Positions 39,286 through 52,021 of a stretch of 64,000 bases of DNA are shown here, in pieces. The stretch comes from Antedon mediterranea (Eukaryota; Animalia; Echinodermata). The notes under the pieces were generated by a model that made no database searches, had not been told where the DNA came from, and saw nothing but the letters and a program-made list of their open reading frames with translations. Made by a program: the position numbers and the translations under genes. Position 1 is the stretch's first letter. Every line of letters begins with the position of its first letter. The DNA lies in assembly GCF_964355755.1 (NCBI RefSeq), contig NC_092670.1, positions 20,942,795 through 21,006,794 on the forward strand, written 5' to 3'.

Positions 39286-41677
39286 ATGGAAAAAAGGCAA
39301 CAATTACTTTTAGAAGAGAGGCTCAGAGAAGCTGCTTCACTCGGTGACAATGATGAAATAGTAAAGTTATTAAATTTAGGCGTTGAGATCAACAGCAGGA
39401 ATCAAGTCAACGGGTGGTAAGTCATACAGACGGTCATCATACCATAGAGATATTATAGTGAACTATAATATCTCTATGGTCATACTAAACACCACATAAC
39501 ACTACTACTAGTAATACATGCGCCTACTTCACTCCTAAATATAACTTAAGCTAGCCCTCTAAAATAATCTCTTCTAGAAAAATAATGTGCTGTTTAGTAA
39601 GACCGATCATACACTCTACATACAGTGGCAGATCAAGGATTCTGAAATAGGGAGGGCCAGGGCCTACAAATGGTGAAATAAATTAAATGAGTTTAGTTTG
39701 ATTTTCTATCTTTTGCATTACAATTTCCAAAATTTAGGGGGCCTGGGCTGGCTGAGCCTTCCGTTGAATCCCTGACATGCTGGTATATATTTTTAGGTGT
39801 CTTTTTATGCCAAAAATTAATATATTTTTTTTTTTATTAGGTCGCCGCTGCATTGGGCATGCAAGAGGGGTCAAGTAAAATCAGTTGGCATACTGCTGGA
39901 GAGAGATGCAGATAAAACAATAGAAACTAATAGTGGAGAAACACCAGATCAGCTAACAACCAAAACAGAAATACACCAAATGTTAGGAGGTAAGGACAAT
40001 AGTATACTGCAGTAGGACTGTGGTTGCTGCAGTGATTTTACTACAGCTTCCTACTGCAAATCTTGTTTGTGGCACCAAATTGCAGAAGCCAAATTAGACC
40101 ATAAAGCCTATTTTCGACTAGTCAAACATGTGTATTCATGTTTCCATCTTCCAAATCTTATATATGCATGCGTATAAGCTGACGCTTTCAGTGCGCGTGA
40201 ACAAATTTGCCTAGTGGAAAATCGGCTTAAAAGAGTTCTGGTATGCTTTGTCAATACGGAAACAATAGAACATTAAATTAATTTTTTTTATTATATTTAT
40301 TAGTTTCTTCTGTCAATTTAATTTAACCTACTAAAAATTTTAATGGCTTTATATAATTACAGGTTTCATCTCTAACTAATTAAATCATTGATTTCTGTAT
40401 ACTGTACTAGATAGTTTATCAAAGACATAACAAATTTGAAATTATCAAAAACTGATCGTGCACTTTTAATGACCTTCATAATGCAAAACATTATTACTGT
40501 ACTTTTCTTGCTCACGATAATCAAATTACTCTCCATTAAAAATTTAGCTTTAAAAGATATGCTGAACCATTGCTCCAAGGTTTAATTATCTGTTTTATGT
40601 TGTTATGCCTTTACGAGCACCACCAGGCAACGTTTTGAGTTGTGTCTGTAAACTAGATGATTCCAGCTCAAGTGTTATACGTATGAAATGCCATGTGCCA
40701 AAACTTTTTATCAATATTAAGTCGAATTGCCATCTAAAACCTAGACTACCTGAATCAGTAATGATATTATCAGGGAGTTGCAACTCCCTGCTGGATATTA
40801 TATAATAATAAATGTTCATTTTATGATGTTTAGTGAATATTATATTTGTTTACAGTAACACCAGAATCCATAGCATCACCTACAACTTTACCAATCACCC
40901 CAAACTATTTACAACACTCTATAGCAACGTATACCACGTACAATGGTGGTGAACAAAGGTCAGAGGTCAACCCACCAAGTCATCCATCGAAACCAATAGC
41001 AACAACAAACAATGATGGTGAGATTTGTACCATTTAATTGTGGGTTATTATAACAGTCACCAGATATCCTAAATTGAAAAAAATGGAAACTTTACAAATG
41101 CATAGCCAACCCATAGAGGGTGCTACACCATTTGTAAATGACATCCAAACGTAGAAGGTGCTATAAAAATTCTCTAGCATCAGCATCTGTTGTATACAAA
41201 AAGTATGCCATTTCTAGGCACTTAATAATTGTGGAAGATACGTCAATAACAAATTTTTCGGAAAGAAATTGCACATTTAGGGACAGATCACTTGAAATAT
41301 TATTGGAAGACTTTTTAGGATTGAACCAAGAATTATTTATTTTTAATCCAATCATAAATATTAATAATACTATTTCTTTTTTTAAACCAGAACTTGTATT
41401 AAAAGTGCGTGTGGCCAGTGCACTTGAGAGCGACTTTATCGAAGTAGAACTAGATCTAGCAAATCTAACGTTCCAAAACTTGATAGAAGTTTGTTGCCGA
41501 GAGCTTTACATTAAACCGGAACTTTTGGTAAAGGTTCGAAAACTACCAAATACAATTGTGCGGAAAGACAAAGATGTCCAACGATTTCACGACTTCCAGG
41601 AACTCGAGTTTGTCTTACGAAAAACAACGGTGGACAATCATGCTGTCCCGTTCCAAAATCAAAGTATTTATTATTGA
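39286..41677 (+). CDS. ANKRD40: Ankyrin repeat domain-containing protein 40
   Basis: Exons 39286-39416, 39841-39989, 40856-41017, 41391-41677; EERLREAA..GD, N.VNGWSPLHWACKRG, LPITPNYL, C-terminal ELVLKVRVA...DFIEVEL...RKLPNTIVRKDKDV.R. Confidence 0.93.
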
Positions 41678-43454
41678 TAATCTGATTACCGCAATGCTGC
41701 AGTTATCAATTACTGCAGTAATGTAATTGGATTATTAGAATAAAATGATACATGTGATTGTTTGGAAGTGGGCATACACAAACCAAAATGTAAATAAAAA
41801 AAGATGCATGTTGAACTACCACTATTTATTATAGTATTACAAAGTAGGAATACATTTTAATCAGGTAATTGTGATAGCTTTAAGAGCTGTGATTGGTATT
41901 TTTTACAAACGTTAGTTTTTATGGTGTTTTCAATTAATAGGAATTCTAGATACTACATAATAGTAGAACTGAATGTATTTAAAAGTCTGTGTCTACACCA
42001 GGGAGTTGTAATTAATTACAACTCTTTGGTCTACACTATCAAACTAGTTTGACAAAAAAAATTGTTCATATCATCGTGTCCATATTGGCACATCAAAGTT
42101 TGTTGTCACAAAGTAGTGTAGACATAACTTAAGGTGAGGGGTTTTAGCTTGATGCTTGGCTACTACTCGGCCCCTGGTTCAAATCCTGTAAGATACTAGT
42201 ATTTTTTTCAAATACAAAAACATGTGTACCAGTTAATGTAGAGCGTAGTGATAAAATTCACTAACAAATCATTTTCGACAAAATCCTTGAAAATGAATAA
42301 TGAATGACCACCAATATTATCATATTATAGACTGAATACAATAGATATTTCTTCAGTTCCACAATTCTGGGTTCGAATCTTGTGGTAATTAAAGGACTTT
42401 AGCTATACCAGACCTGGCTATACTAATTTGTATTTGTGATAATTTAAATAACATAAATTTAAATAGTTACTCTGAAAGGAACTGACCCTGGATCTTTCAA
42501 TGATTGTCTTCATTTTTCAAGTAACCAATCAGTTACATGCATCATTATATATTGCTGCTGCATTTAATATATGCAAATGATGTTTGTTATTAATATTCAT
42601 TGTATATGAAACTGTCTGGATTGTAGAGTTGATTATGAATATTTATAGGGCGTTATGGTATTGATATGTAATGAGTGTAATTTCAATCAATATTACTTTT
42701 TATTTGGATAAAAATACATTTATTATCTTCCGAAAAATATTTGTTATATATTGGAAGAAATTTAGTCTATACAAACAATTGACTATACTGATAGATTTGA
42801 ACCAGGGTTATTTACTGGGTATTTATTTTTTACATGTGACTCACCGGAAGAATAATTTTGAACGTACTAATTTAAATATTTTTTTCAACTGCACGATTGG
42901 CACAAAATAGGCCTACGCAAGAATTCTTTGTATTGTATGCTTTTGTGAACATAGCGAATTCACTGTATTTTTTTAATGAATAAATACGAAATATTTAGGC
43001 ATTTTAAAAAAGGCTAAGTAAGCCTATGGAGGCCTACACAATTATATTAGGCCTGCTAAAACAGTGACAATCAACACTTTTTGTTTAATATAATAATATA
43101 TTATACATAAATTTAAAAGCGTTTTTTAAACGATATTAAAGGCACAGTTGAACACAACTTTGTAAACAAACTGATTTCAAATATCATTTACCAGTATATA
43201 AAAAGGCGTCATTTTATATGAGAAAACATTTTTTTTGTTACGGAAGGTATTAACTTTATTAAAACTACAAAATAACCTATTCAAAAGTATGATTTAATTA
43301 ATCTTCATTTTTCCTGTATTTATGGGAAAATACATCTTTAAAAATAGGCTATACGCTCTACATCGGTGATCGATTAAGCCCAAGCTGGCTGGCCTATATT
43401 TTCATTTTTATGCCCGAATTTGGTCACCTTGTTGCTAAACAAACAAAGAGTAAG

Positions 43455-44275
43455 ATTTGTTGGAAATTCCCGCGTATAGCCCGGGAAATTTTAAGTTTAT
43501 TTTTAAAAATTGTCTAATCAGTCATATCCGCGTGACAATGACAAATCATATTCATTATAGTCATTATACCAGACGGCTGTGTCGCTGACAGAATCATTAA
43601 GGTAAGCCTAAATCTAATCAATCTCGGTTGGGTTTTTCATTTTCATTTTCTCATCAAACCATCAGAGACTCTAGTGTTTTATATTTATTCCATTCATGAC
43701 ATGATCGGCTCATAGAGGTATAAAATTAGAATTTTATACCTCCATACCATGATCGGCTGACCGTTTTGTTTATGAGTTATAATAAGCATATAGTGACCAT
43801 GTCTATAGCAGATTGCTTCATCATATCACAGAGAGTTAGACCTACCACAATTGTAGTTATTATTCAACTCTGCGTTAAGTTTAAATGTAACCATTAGGCC
43901 TATTTGATTAAAACATCCTAAGTAAAAGTCTAGAGTGGGTAGGCTTAGGCAGCTACATGCTTCTGAATCGGATTTTACAAAAGTCTATTTTTAACCCCGG
44001 AAAAATCCCTCGATATTTAAAGAGACAATAACACGGTTATCAAATGTCACGTGATTAGGCCGTGCCTATCTTTGATCTACCGTATAAGATTCGCAATGAA
44101 ATGGGGACGTAGTGTTGATATTAATGTAGGCTAAATATAGGTATGATAATATGTATCAAAGGTCAACAACCAAACTGTTTGGAAATGGAGTAGGGAATTT
44201 TGTAATACTAAAATAGGCCTTTAGTTTATTTCACGAGGGTGTGGCCGGACATGTCACACTTTGTGAATTTCCATA
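43455..44275 (+). promoter_or_regulatory. Cluster of NF-kB-like sites around the non-coding first exon of the Cys-rich receptor gene
   Basis: GGAAATTCCC 43462-43471 (reverse GGGAATTTCC), GGGAAATTTT 43483, GGAAAAATCCC 43999, GGGAATTTTG 44193, GTGAATTTCC 44263; donor AAG|GTAAGC at 43601/43602. Confidence 0.5.
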
Positions 44276-44371
44276 AAGGCCTAACAAACCGTATTATTAA
44301 TATTAGCTTACTGCTGCTAAAACTTGCTACATTTTTGTTAAACATTATAGGCGTTAAAAAAAAGCACGAAG

Positions 44372-47300
44372 ATGAACAGTACTACTACTAGTAGTACCGG
44401 TAGGCCAAATTCCGGGACCATATTGTATCTAGGACTATGCATATTTATAGCTATACACCTTCAAATGTCGGCGGCAACAAAGACACAGTGGAACGGAGGA
44501 TGTCCAGACAGATGTAAAGAAAACCCAAGCAAATATTGTGACGAAATCACTAAGACCTGTAAGACCTGTTCGTGCACTGATGGGCCAGATGGAAAAGAAT
44601 GTCGTTGGAAGTGCCAAAGTATGTACTTGTTGATCGAAACCAGGAACTCTTCCCTGGTCGAACATTGTATCGAACAGTAATAAGCATAAATGATTTGATT
44701 TATTTGTAGGCCCTTCCTCCATGAAATAATTCACTTGTAATTGTGTAATTTTTTTTTCTCTTTGGTGGGGGGGGGGGGGGGGTGTCGCATGTGCATAAAC
44801 TATTACAGACTAAATAAAATAGCCTATAGGGTTAGTAGGCCTACACCAGTGCCTAACTAATATCCATTATAATAATTTTATTTTATAATAATTCTTGCAA
44901 ACATTAATAAAAGATATGTTTATTGCTTTTCTATTGTATACATCGGCTTTTTTCTTACAGTATTTGCATGAACATTTTCTTCAACAGCATTGTTTTAGCC
45001 TATATTAATTAGCTTTTCTATATATTAACATATAATACTATATATGTTACAAAGGTTATACATAAACACAATCGAGTTAATAATATTCACAATTCTCTCT
45101 TATCCTATTTTAACCATATCATTTTCCTTTCAATCAAGTTGACATTGTTTTTACTAATTAATATTGTTGTTATGATTCCAAATTAGAATATCTCCCAGAA
45201 TCGCGACAGAACGCTTGGGAAGGTTGTATTGATAACTGTCAGCAAGATGTATCATACTTCTGTGATCAAGGCAGCAGAACATGTATGGAGTGCCAAGATC
45301 TTTGTGACAACGAACCACAAGAAAAATGCCTTCAGAACTGTCCAGGTATGTTTATTGATTGTATAACGCAGATTTTGTTTAAATGTGCCTATCGTTTTCT
45401 CACATAATTTCTACTTTGAACCGACTGTTTATTGTATTGATAAAAGAGACCTATGATATTTTTTACAGAACGTACGGAAAGTTGACAAAATATGATAGTT
45501 GCCCTGTATATATCATTATTTACTGTCCTCTATAAATAATAAACTCATTTTGTTGGAGTGACGTTTGAGAACAATTGTTATCAATAATTCAATGGCGTGC
45601 CAAGAAATTCCTTTTATTAGCCTACTGTTTACTGCTATATGTAATGACACATCCTACTTAGCATCGTTGTTTGAACGAGCGCGTCAAAGTCCCAATTGTT
45701 TTCAGATAATAGTGTTACTGTCAGTTGAATAAAGCTCTCTCTACACTACCAAACTAGCTTGAAAAAAAAGTGTGATGTGCCCAAATATGGTAGTGATACC
45801 CATATATGGGCACATCACATTTGTTGTCACATAATAATAATACTTGAGTGTAGACAGGGCTTTAGAAATTACTACAGTACCCATATTCTATTGTTCTATA
45901 CTGCACTACTTCTTTTCATTCCAGCTTATCTGCTGAACAAACAAAAACCAGTGGTGACAAACAGTTGGGAGGGTTGTTACGAGAACTGCCAATACGACAT
46001 TTCATATTTCTGCGAGGCAGGCAGTGGAACTTGTATGGAATGTTATGATCTTTGTGACGCTAAAGCAAGTCATTACCTTAAGCAGAATTGTTTTACAAAG
46101 TGCCCTGGTAACTATATCTATACATCCCGTCCCGGGATTTTGTTCTCTATCCGAATACCATTTTTTCGTGCCTTTCATTAAGCATTGACATAGTATGTCG
46201 TGCACCATACACAATGCATTTTCCCGCACTAAGTATGCCTAGTGGTCAGCTGCACCCCCGTCTAGTCGGAGATTGGTATGATTTGCTAGTTCATTAGAGT
46301 ACACCAGGCCCGTATGCAGCATTTATAATGGGGGGGGGGGGTGCGAGCGAAGCGAGCAACAATGGCTGGGGGCCAGGGGGCCGCCAAGGGCTCCCGGTCA
46401 GAATTTGCGTTATTTGACGTTCTAAAGACTGATTTAAGACTCTCTGTTGTGGCTTGGGCTAGTTGAACGATGGACACCAGAACTTAACGCTTTCATGATG
46501 AGGCCAACTCAGCAGGGGTGGCGCCAGGATCTTCCCGACGCGGGGGCTACATTCCCCGACGAGGGGGCTATGCGAGCGAAGCGAGCATCACTAGGCTGAG
46601 GGCCAGGGGGCCGCCAAGGGACCCCGCTGGGGGTCCAGGGGGCGAAGCCCCCGGAAGCAACGCGTTCTAGCGTCATTTGAGGTCTTTTTAATCAGATTTA
46701 GATTCATTTTTTATAATGCATAAATAAAATACTGCGTGCAAAAAAACGATGCGCGATGACTGTTTCAATCCATATTTTTCAATTTAAAAAATAAAAGTTC
46801 AAAGAAAATTTAGAAAAATAGAGTTGGAGGTCCCGGAAATTGGACTTCAAAACATGAAAAAAAATATATAAGTCCCTATCATGGGTTGTGACTGAGCTAA
46901 GAAATGTTTGAAAAATAGAGATGTTAGGTCCCGGAAAATGTACTTCTTGTTCTTCGAAATATGACCAGCTTTATTGTTGGGGCTGAGCTAAGAAAATGTT
47001 TAAAACTAGAGCTGCAGGTCTTCAAAAAATTGCATTTTATACTTTGGAAACATCAGGCCTAGAGGCTTAAAAAACGCAAGCGTAGACCTTTTTCAGTCGG
47101 GGAAATAAGTTTATTCCTCCCAGGTGTATGCATGCGTACCATCTGGACTTCCGAGTGGTGAGAAATTCATGACATACAGGATATTGAAAATGTAATAACT
47201 ATAGCTATAATGTTGGCTAAGCGAAAATGGCATGTTTTTTTGTTTAGTAATGGATGAAAAAATTATTTTATGTTCCCCACGGTACAGAAGGTTACTTGTA

Positions 47301-50300
47301 AATTAAAAAATTGGTGAACAAACGAACAATTAACATAATTCGTTTTTGCTGTAGTGTAGCGTACGTCGACGCAGTACACGACGTAACCGTCGGTAAACTT
47401 CGCCTGGAAAATAACACATTACACATTTTGGTCCCTGGATGAAACTTGATATCACGCGTCTCGACCCAACGTTGAACGATTCGTACAAAGGGATACCGCC
47501 AGACAAGTGCGTACCTAGCTATTGTTTAGTAGTAAGTTAGATCGCTGGCAATAATGAATGCATATAAAGTGCATAATATCACTCTGACGTACTCTCACGG
47601 TCAATGAAACGTCGCGGTTTTCTAGGCGCTGAAGCTAGCTACGAAGTGAACGCGAACGTTTTTTACTGTATATTATATTCCCCGGCAAAAAGTACACGTG
47701 TTCCCTTCGGTAACCGTCGGTAAACTTCGCCTGGAAAATAACTACATTACACATTTTGGTCCCTGGATGAAACTTGATATCACGCGTCTCGACCCAACGT
47801 TGAACGATTCGTACAAAGGGATACCGCCAGACAAGTGCGTACCTAGCTAATGTTTAGTAGTAAGTTAGATCGCTGGCAATAATGAATGCATAAAAGTGCA
47901 TATTATTATTAGCCCTCTGACGTACTCTCACGGTCAATGGAACGTCGTGGTTTTCTAGGCGCTGAAGCTATATGAAGTGAACGCGAACGTTTTTTACTGT
48001 ATATTATATTCCCAGACAAAAAGTACCCGTGTTCCCCGACGGGGGGGGGGGGGGGGGCTAGGCTCCCCGACGAGGGGGCTAGAGCCCCCGTAATCCCCCC
48101 GCTGGCGCCAACACTGCAACTCAGACGACACTGTCTGAGTTGGCCTTCCCTTGTTTAGGCGCCGTATTCGATAGTGTCTGTATTTCCAGATACGTCTTTA
48201 CCGCCGGTTAGTTGTCTGTATTTCTCCAGCAAACACTTTACCGCGTACCGCGTACATGAAGCGCTAAGCTATTGCTTGTCGTCACATGATCGACTGCGCA
48301 TGTTTTACATCGAGTTTGTAGTCAGTTCAGATTCCGTAATTTAATTACCGGTATTTTTTCATTTTATATTAGCATATTTTTGTTTGTATACCATTGATAA
48401 TGTAAATTTTGTATATATATAATGATATTGTCTTTAGTTAAACAAGACAAGAAAAAATACCAACCGAGAAAATAGTGGACCTTTTGGGACTTGGGGGGGG
48501 GGGGGGTGCGTCTGCACCCAACGCACCCCCCTGGATACGGGCCTGTACACGTATAGATTTCTGAAATTCGTTATCCGATTAAAAAAAAACATTTTAGTAA
48601 CAGCCGGCCCAGCTGTAATTATGTCCAGTTAAACCTCTAAAATCGAAAGTTTATACACACCTATTCTTTGGCACTTGAAAAACGTTCAAACGCCAATTAA
48701 AGGTGGGATCGGAACGTATAATTTATTTTATCGTGGTACATGGCCATAAAGATGGCTGCATATACGCGTGCGCAAATTTGAGTTAGTGTACCGACCGACA
48801 TAGTGAGCTATAGAGTCGACTCGACTAAAATACTGTAAGTTTAACATACACCAATAATCATGTTTTCATGTCTATAGGTTATGTGTCGACGTTTATAACT
48901 ACTGCCCGTCCAACTCCAAGTAAGATGATAGTAACTCCAAGTATACCTGCTACGGGACCTGCTGTAGAGCCGGAGACAACACAGCCACCAATACCAATGA
49001 GTGATTATACAACACAAGTAACCAATTACTCACCAACTAGTGCAGACATGGAAAGCAGAAGCTCTCACATAAATACAATATATATAGCATCAGCCATTGG
49101 CGCAATCATCTTGGTTTTAGTTGTTGTAGGCCTACTTGGCTGTTGTCTGCTTAAAAAATCGAGGCATAGGCCTAAGCAAGACAATAAGAATAAACCTGGG
49201 GACGCAGAAAATGGAATTGCAGTGCAGCAGCAGAATCAACCTCTTGTGGATGGTCATAGTAAGCTTAATTCTGTACTCCAATTTTAACATAGCTCGTCAC
49301 ACATAATACCTGTGGTTCTAAACATAATCAGGCCCGTAGCCACGGGGGGGGGGGGGGTTATGGTTCGGGCGAACCCCAATCCCCCACTCTTTACAGCGAA
49401 TCCCCCTTAACTAACTGCGAACCCCCATCCCCGACATACCCAATACCTCACTCTCATCTCTGATGACGTGCCGCACACAGTACAAAAGGTTATAATTTGA
49501 TAATTCGTAAACTCGTTCGTGAATAACTCGATACATTCTTTGCTGTATGAGCGTACGTCGAGCGATACGTGTCTGTAAATTTCCAAGAGTTGCAAATGAA
49601 TTGCCGATTTTCACCTGAAATCCCTGGATGTAACATGATATTGATGCGTGTATCGTACTCATAAAGTGAGCTGGGGCACAATGATTCGTACAAAGGACAC
49701 CGCCAGACAACCGCGTACCTATATTGTTTAGATCAAGGCAGTCAGCATGCATACAATATACCGTAAATCTTCCAATTGTAACCCTGGGTTATTATTTTTT
49801 GATTGTTTTTTAAGGTGGGTTACTATTAGAAAGGAGATTACTTTTATAGTACTGGGTAACTATTACTAATCTTAATTTAGGCATTTGAAAATAGTTACTC
49901 ACCTCAACTATTCCGTTCAGCAAATCATAGCAAAATAATAAAACAGTACGAATAAACAAATTTGTTTGAACTCTAACTTTTATTTTATAAACTCAAAAAC
50001 ACTCAATTCCCCACTCCCTAGATCAACATGCATTATCTCCTTATTTTCAAAATACGGCTGCATCATAAACGACCAGTCTTCATATGTCATTTGTCAATAG
50101 TTTTTGTGACTCTAATAATAATAATAATAACTTTATTGTTTCTCTTTTATAACAGAGGCACAATTCTCAAGAGATGTGCAACAACAACAAAAAAATATGG
50201 ACTTATCTAATATTAACCCCATGGGTTACTATTAGAGTAGTGGATTATTATTATAGATTGACTTATAGGCCTAAGGTTGGTTACTATTAGAGTAGTGGGT

Positions 50301-52021
50301 TACTATTATAGATTGACTTATAAGGTTGGTTACTATTAGAAGGAGGGTTACTATTAGAGTGTGGGTTACTATTATAGATTGACTTATAAGGTTGGTTACT
50401 ATTAGAAGGAGGGTTACTATTAGAGTGTGGGTTACTATTAGAAGATTTACGGTATAGCCTTCCGACGTAGGCCTACATAAAAAATGGAACGCTGATGCGG
50501 TTACCTACAGTATTTATGTGTGGCTATGAAGTATAGTGTATCATCATCATCATCATCATAGAGGGTTATAGTGAATATTAATATATTACACTATAATATC
50601 TATGGTATCATGTACTGTAGTTTACATTATAGCATCCGATTATTTTGTTCTAGGACCACCAGCCGATACGTGGGCTACTCAACCGTATCAATACCATCTA
50701 TTTACATTGATTAATATTCAATTTCCTCAACAAATTGCTGTAAATAAATATAGGTAGAGCTATAATAAGCATTGAATTTGACTTCTCACACAAAGTGTGC
50801 TTATTTCGGGGATTCCCCTAGGCGTACGTTCACATTGAACTTGAACGCAAAACAAAATACCGAGTGAATGATCAAACAATCGGCGGTAATTATTATAGTC
50901 CACGTGTGTGAGGAGGTGGAAAAAAGTACGAATACGATTGTTTTGCTCATTGGTAGCATGCTGCATGAGAGTGTCTTTTCCGACCAATTAGAGGTACCAT
51001 TTATCATAAATATTATGTGCGAGAGTACCATTTCCGGCTCAGGGGTGTCATTTAACAACCCCTCCCCCCTGGGGCAGTGTCCTAAATACAGTGTCCGAAC
51101 CCCCGATCACACCCCCACCCCCTTTACTGTTTAATCTGATTTTTTCTTCAATGTTTCATTCCAGCTCAGGTGCAAGAAAATGGCCCACATTCCCTTAAAA
51201 ATGTAAAAGCAGACAAACACAATACTGAATATATACCTCTTGTAGAGGAGGAGGATATTTTCCATGGTAAGTCTAGTAGCAGAGGTTGGTACAGTCATTG
51301 AGGAAACCCTCCATGGTACATCATCCCAGTGTTTATGGTTCACATAGCATGAGCACTTTTTACTATTACTTAATGTGTGATTTAAATACAGTATAAAACT
51401 ACATAGTACAGTAAATACACGTGTCAATCCAATATTTCTAGTGAAAATCGTTAGACCTTGATTTTAAGGAATGAAGTTTGACGAACAACCGGACAAAAAC
51501 ACAATTTCGCATACGAGTTTGTAAACACGTAAAATAGGACATATTAACATTATATATTTTGAAAGAATTTCATTTAGCTTCGATTTTGTATAGATGACAA
51601 ATTTCGTTTTTGTAAAAGCACAAGTTAACGGAGTACTTACTCGAACGTTTCGATCTCTATCAGAGATCCTTCTCAACTGACTGCGGAGTGTTAATGCAGC
51701 TTGGTTATTCTTGACGTCATCTGTTGATCTACGAAGTCAAAAACGAAATTTGTCATCTATAACATTATATACTTACTCCAAAAATAATATCATTTTACAT
51801 TACTAACGAAATGACGTGTTTCTTCTGAACTTGCAGATTAGGCCTACTTTCGATCAAAATGTATTAATTTTTTTCTAGCTCAACAAGAGGCTGCAAATGA
51901 CACATCTTCACTTGCTGTTAATGGTAAACCCTACCATTCAAATGCATGCATTAGTAATAGTATGAAGATGACAGAAATTACCACCACCACCACCCATCCT
52001 ATGATGATGCATTCTGGTTAA
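44372..52021 (+). CDS. Type I membrane protein with three tandem 8-Cys modules, Thr/Pro stalk, TM helix and cytoplasmic tail; Grindelwald-like TNF receptor candidate
   Basis: Exons joined by phase-1 introns: 44372-44618, 45187-45345, 45925-46107, 48878-49258, 51165-51266, 51879-52021; signal ILYLGLCIFIAIHL; TM IYIASAIGAIILVLVVVGLLGCCLL followed by KKSRHR. The last two exons are less certain. Confidence 0.8.
45731..45863. mobile_element. MITE family A copy
   Basis: AAAGCTCTCTCTACACT ... AGTGTAGACAGGGCTTT with internal GTGATGTGCCCAAATATGG / CCATATATGGGCACATCAC palindrome. Confidence 0.75.
46305..48546. mobile_element. Non-autonomous DNA transposon (outer), CAGGCCCGTA TIR with poly-G subtermini
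   Basis: CAGGCCCGTATGCAG / CTGGATACGGGCCTG ends, flanked by TACAC on both sides. Confidence 0.75.
46513..48116. mobile_element. Nested non-autonomous hAT-type element with 8-bp TSD CAACTCAG
   Basis: CAGGGGTGGCGCCAG / CTGGCGCCAACACTG ends; TSD at 46505-46512 and 48117-48124; internal tandem duplication of about 327 bp. Confidence 0.85.
49762..50452. mobile_element. Tc1/mariner-type MITE with subterminal GGGTTACTATTA repeats
   Basis: TA-CCGTAAATCTTC ... GAAGATTTACGG-TA. Confidence 0.8.

Noticed and set aside
41138-41390. N-terminal half of the 179-aa ORF
   Set aside because: Intron read-through; ANKRD40 similarity begins at the acceptor at 41390/41391
42130-42385. B-box-like GGTTCAAATCC and GGTTCGAATC motifs as tRNA genes
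   Set aside because: No complete cloverleaf; probably decayed SINE heads
50156-50223. Possible extra phase-1 exon of the receptor
   Set aside because: Lies inside a MITE and the donor (GTTACT) is weak
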